Shown here: positions 63,201 to 64,000 of the stretch, piece after piece | How positions within the stretch are numbered: position 1 is the first letter of the stretch | How the letters are laid out: every line of letters starts with the position of its first letter | Assembly (NCBI GenBank): GCA_024277375.1 | Contig: JAJRVD010000027.1 | Coordinates: forward strand, 19,063 to 83,062 | DNA from: Candidatus Omnitrophota bacterium | GTDB taxonomy: Bacteria > Omnitrophota > Gorgyraeia > Tantalellales > Tantalellaceae | Reading direction: 5' to 3' | DNA length: 64,000 bases | Notes under the pieces: generated by a model | The model's database searches: none | What the model saw: only the letters and a program-made list of their open reading frames with translations | What the model was told of the DNA's origin: nothing | Translations under genes and position numbers: made by a program

Positions 63201-64000
63201 TGTGATAACGGTGAATGGCGTGATCTGGATCCGGATGAAAGATGGTTTGCGACCGTAGAAGGCAGTCAGTGGTCGGATCAAAGAATAGCGGGTACCTTAT
63301 ACGGAAGATATATGACTTCCAGGGTGCTGGGGACTATCAGCGGCGAAGTTCTCGGAAGCTATGATACGGAAGATTATGAGTCTTGGGAGGCGATAGCTCT
63401 CGGGGTGTTTACGGAAGAACCTCTTTCTCACCGTGGAAAAATCGAAGATGGTGAATTTTACGCGTTTACATTTGATGGGAGAATGGAATTCGGATTGAAT
63501 CCGGAACCCATCGGAGACATGAATGGTGTTATGGGTGGTGTGGGATCCTTGTGGTCGGGAGCGGATGACGTAACGTTATTGGGGTCGAGCCAATTGTATG
63601 ATAGTCTATCTTCTTGTGTGTGGAGGGCTCCTGTGTATAGTCGTAATGATGGAAGAATAACTTACACTACTTATGATGGCGGCGCTTACTATGGTTTCCT
63701 TCTCGGTTCACAGCGTGAGACTGAGATTGAAGGGGTGATGAGAGCACTGTACTTAGGACCGCCTGACGAGGATGGGAATATGGACGTTGGATTTGTTTCC
63801 GGTGATTTTTCCGGGGTGAATGCTCCCGATCTGGATATGTTCTGGATGGAAGGTTCCCTAGAGACAAATAGTATGGGTGTTTTTACGGAAATGCCGGGGA
63901 TATCATCACCTGAAGATCTGTACTTTTATTTCTCCGAGAACGATGAAGAGAGTTTCTTGGCCGGGGTAGGTGTTTGCCTGGGGGATCCGGAAGGAGAATC
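60240..64000 (+). CDS. Giant secreted protein (more than 1250 aa, 3'-partial). Two N-terminal FecR domains, a Pro/Asp/Gly-rich linker, and a long W/Y/G/D-rich repetitive region
   Basis: The ORF runs from the ATG at 60240 to the window end without a stop. It is absent from the track because it is unterminated. The signal peptide is MKSIKLVVAVAVSLLLAFPMSVLA. FecR domain 1 spans about aa 25-130. FecR domain 2 spans about aa 235-340 (…FQVKTPHAVCGIRGTIMYLD). The linker is PDPDPAPAPDPAPVDPDPSGGDDPTGGD, near nt 61490-61600. Confidence 0.75.
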   Translation, partial: MKSIKLVVAVAVSLLLAFPMSVLADVVGTVTCIEGRVDRLDIEGDKYLPLVVGEDISVGDAIRTKSFSKMEISFEDNSVVQLGDSSQIRIKDYTVGDDGYRKSSAIDLDRGKIRAIVSKTPELTPFDINTPNASGFVKGSDIFVSFLQSSTNVLVTEGTFTMANPTFPDDRIDVNPGMTSLVPYNAPPKDPRAFLPSEKAKYEDAISPIVKKTEGVTEKHFTKATVSKTSGEVRVQSKGTKEWKVVTKDVVLNVGDRVETGKTGNIQIVFDNGLIIELRPNTQLIIVKLNRNPKTGDYESIFESKYGKLIAKLQNKPATSTFQVKTPHAVCGIRGTIMYLDILPNATRSFFEGGEGFVADAATGTARIIQLGTTATTDGQGNTTESETTDEERSGFGSGFGSEGGDEYGYSGGGGGDPAGDPDPDPAPAPDPAPVDPDPSGGDDPTGGDVGDNITNDIIVDLTNQEQIVPVVINDENTGPVDVRADYNGTYGCYGSFAADPESWVRGVISGSTSGAPWMGIYPAAFAGEYFNPNGLDLFWGELEGEGSDGGSIYGRMVGASGDAHGTETVLASLYVDPSNTTGWIFNGNDTSDVFFIPVTESPVPAENLLDSINESDVETELWFDFYRDEGYFEGECEVNQISIDRENWGIWEGIFSAWYDNPEGIENWTGVNIDEAFGSWQYGLLMERRVLSARVMDFDGFGEGYSITVVEGIDDLEGFLRMDVMGMYLDSYSLNTMYGTIVGTYEARDGYYFEGVGAGGWSQSPLAWSAEVDAYYHYLDYGEITSDDCEYVHAGLAGAVTSPFVSPGTPVAITLMGETEPYGYISWWGYVSENEMSDGSVLPDGFIGGRTNSCEGMLASLYIDGDGHAGTLWGNFDGEYYENFDMWMATGSMTATQRTVGYDPGSYDTDVYYMDGDIYGDFNDTGGEIYSDYGIYGVAYGELGAYTAWLINPETGDAEPWGIYNIELGGYFDYPDTSDDWTLYLGCDNGEWRDLDPDERWFATVEGSQWSDQRIAGTLYGRYMTSRVLGTISGEVLGSYDTEDYESWEAIALGVFTEEPLSHRGKIEDGEFYAFTFDGRMEFGLNPEPIGDMNGVMGGVGSLWSGADDVTLLGSSQLYDSLSSCVWRAPVYSRNDGRITYTTYDGGAYYGFLLGSQRETEIEGVMRALYLGPPDEDGNMDVGFVSGDFSGVNAPDLDMFWMEGSLETNSMGVFTEMPGISSPEDLYFYFSENDEESFLAGVGVCLGDPEGE

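Noticed and set aside
1-64000. Genome-wide reassignment of TAG or TAA as sense codons (to explain the in-frame stops in uvrD, folC and the RAYT)
   Set aside because: Well-supported genes in the same window terminate on all three codons: pabB on TAA (6623-6625), gene 5729-6607 and the 1460-aa gene on TAG, ispH on TGA. Wholesale reassignment would predict long C-terminal extensions. None is seen.

Overview
The window is about 64 kb from a bacterial chromosome of moderate AT-richness. The organism is diderm by inference: Mla lipid-transport genes, outer-membrane beta-barrel proteins and ComEA/ComEC are present. The lineage is probably uncultivated. The giant ORFs and dense palindromic repeats are reminiscent of groups such as Omnitrophota, but that is inference only.

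Most genes are on the + strand and are housekeeping:
- Isoprenoid synthesis: ispH and a polyprenyl diphosphate synthase.
- Folate, one-carbon and purine metabolism: pabB, folC, folE, purH.
- Glycogen and sugar metabolism: glgP, a GT4 sugar-phosphate synthase fused to a kinase domain, and a YihX-like phosphatase.
- A UvrD-type helicase, era, mgtE, mnmE, accA and the mlaEFD operon.
- A partner-switching set: an RsbW-like kinase, a STAS antagonist and a CHASE2-PP2C phosphatase.
- gpmI, speH/speB, leuS, comEA/comEC and six tRNAs.

Three things stand out:
- Two complete giant multi-domain ORFs (1460 aa, and about 3620 aa carrying a GT9-like domain) and a third of more than 1250 aa that runs off the window end. 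The third belongs to a three-member family of secreted FecR-domain proteins.
- At least four families of short palindromic or structured repeats. These include a roughly 115-nt structured element present four times and a REP-RAYT unit inserted between comEA and comEC.
- Three conserved genes (uvrD, folC and the RAYT transposase) each interrupted by a single in-frame TAA or TAG without frameshift. In addition, mnmE lacks a canonical start codon.

All calls rest on motif-level reading of the six-frame translations and direct inspection of the nucleotide sequence. No database searches were run.
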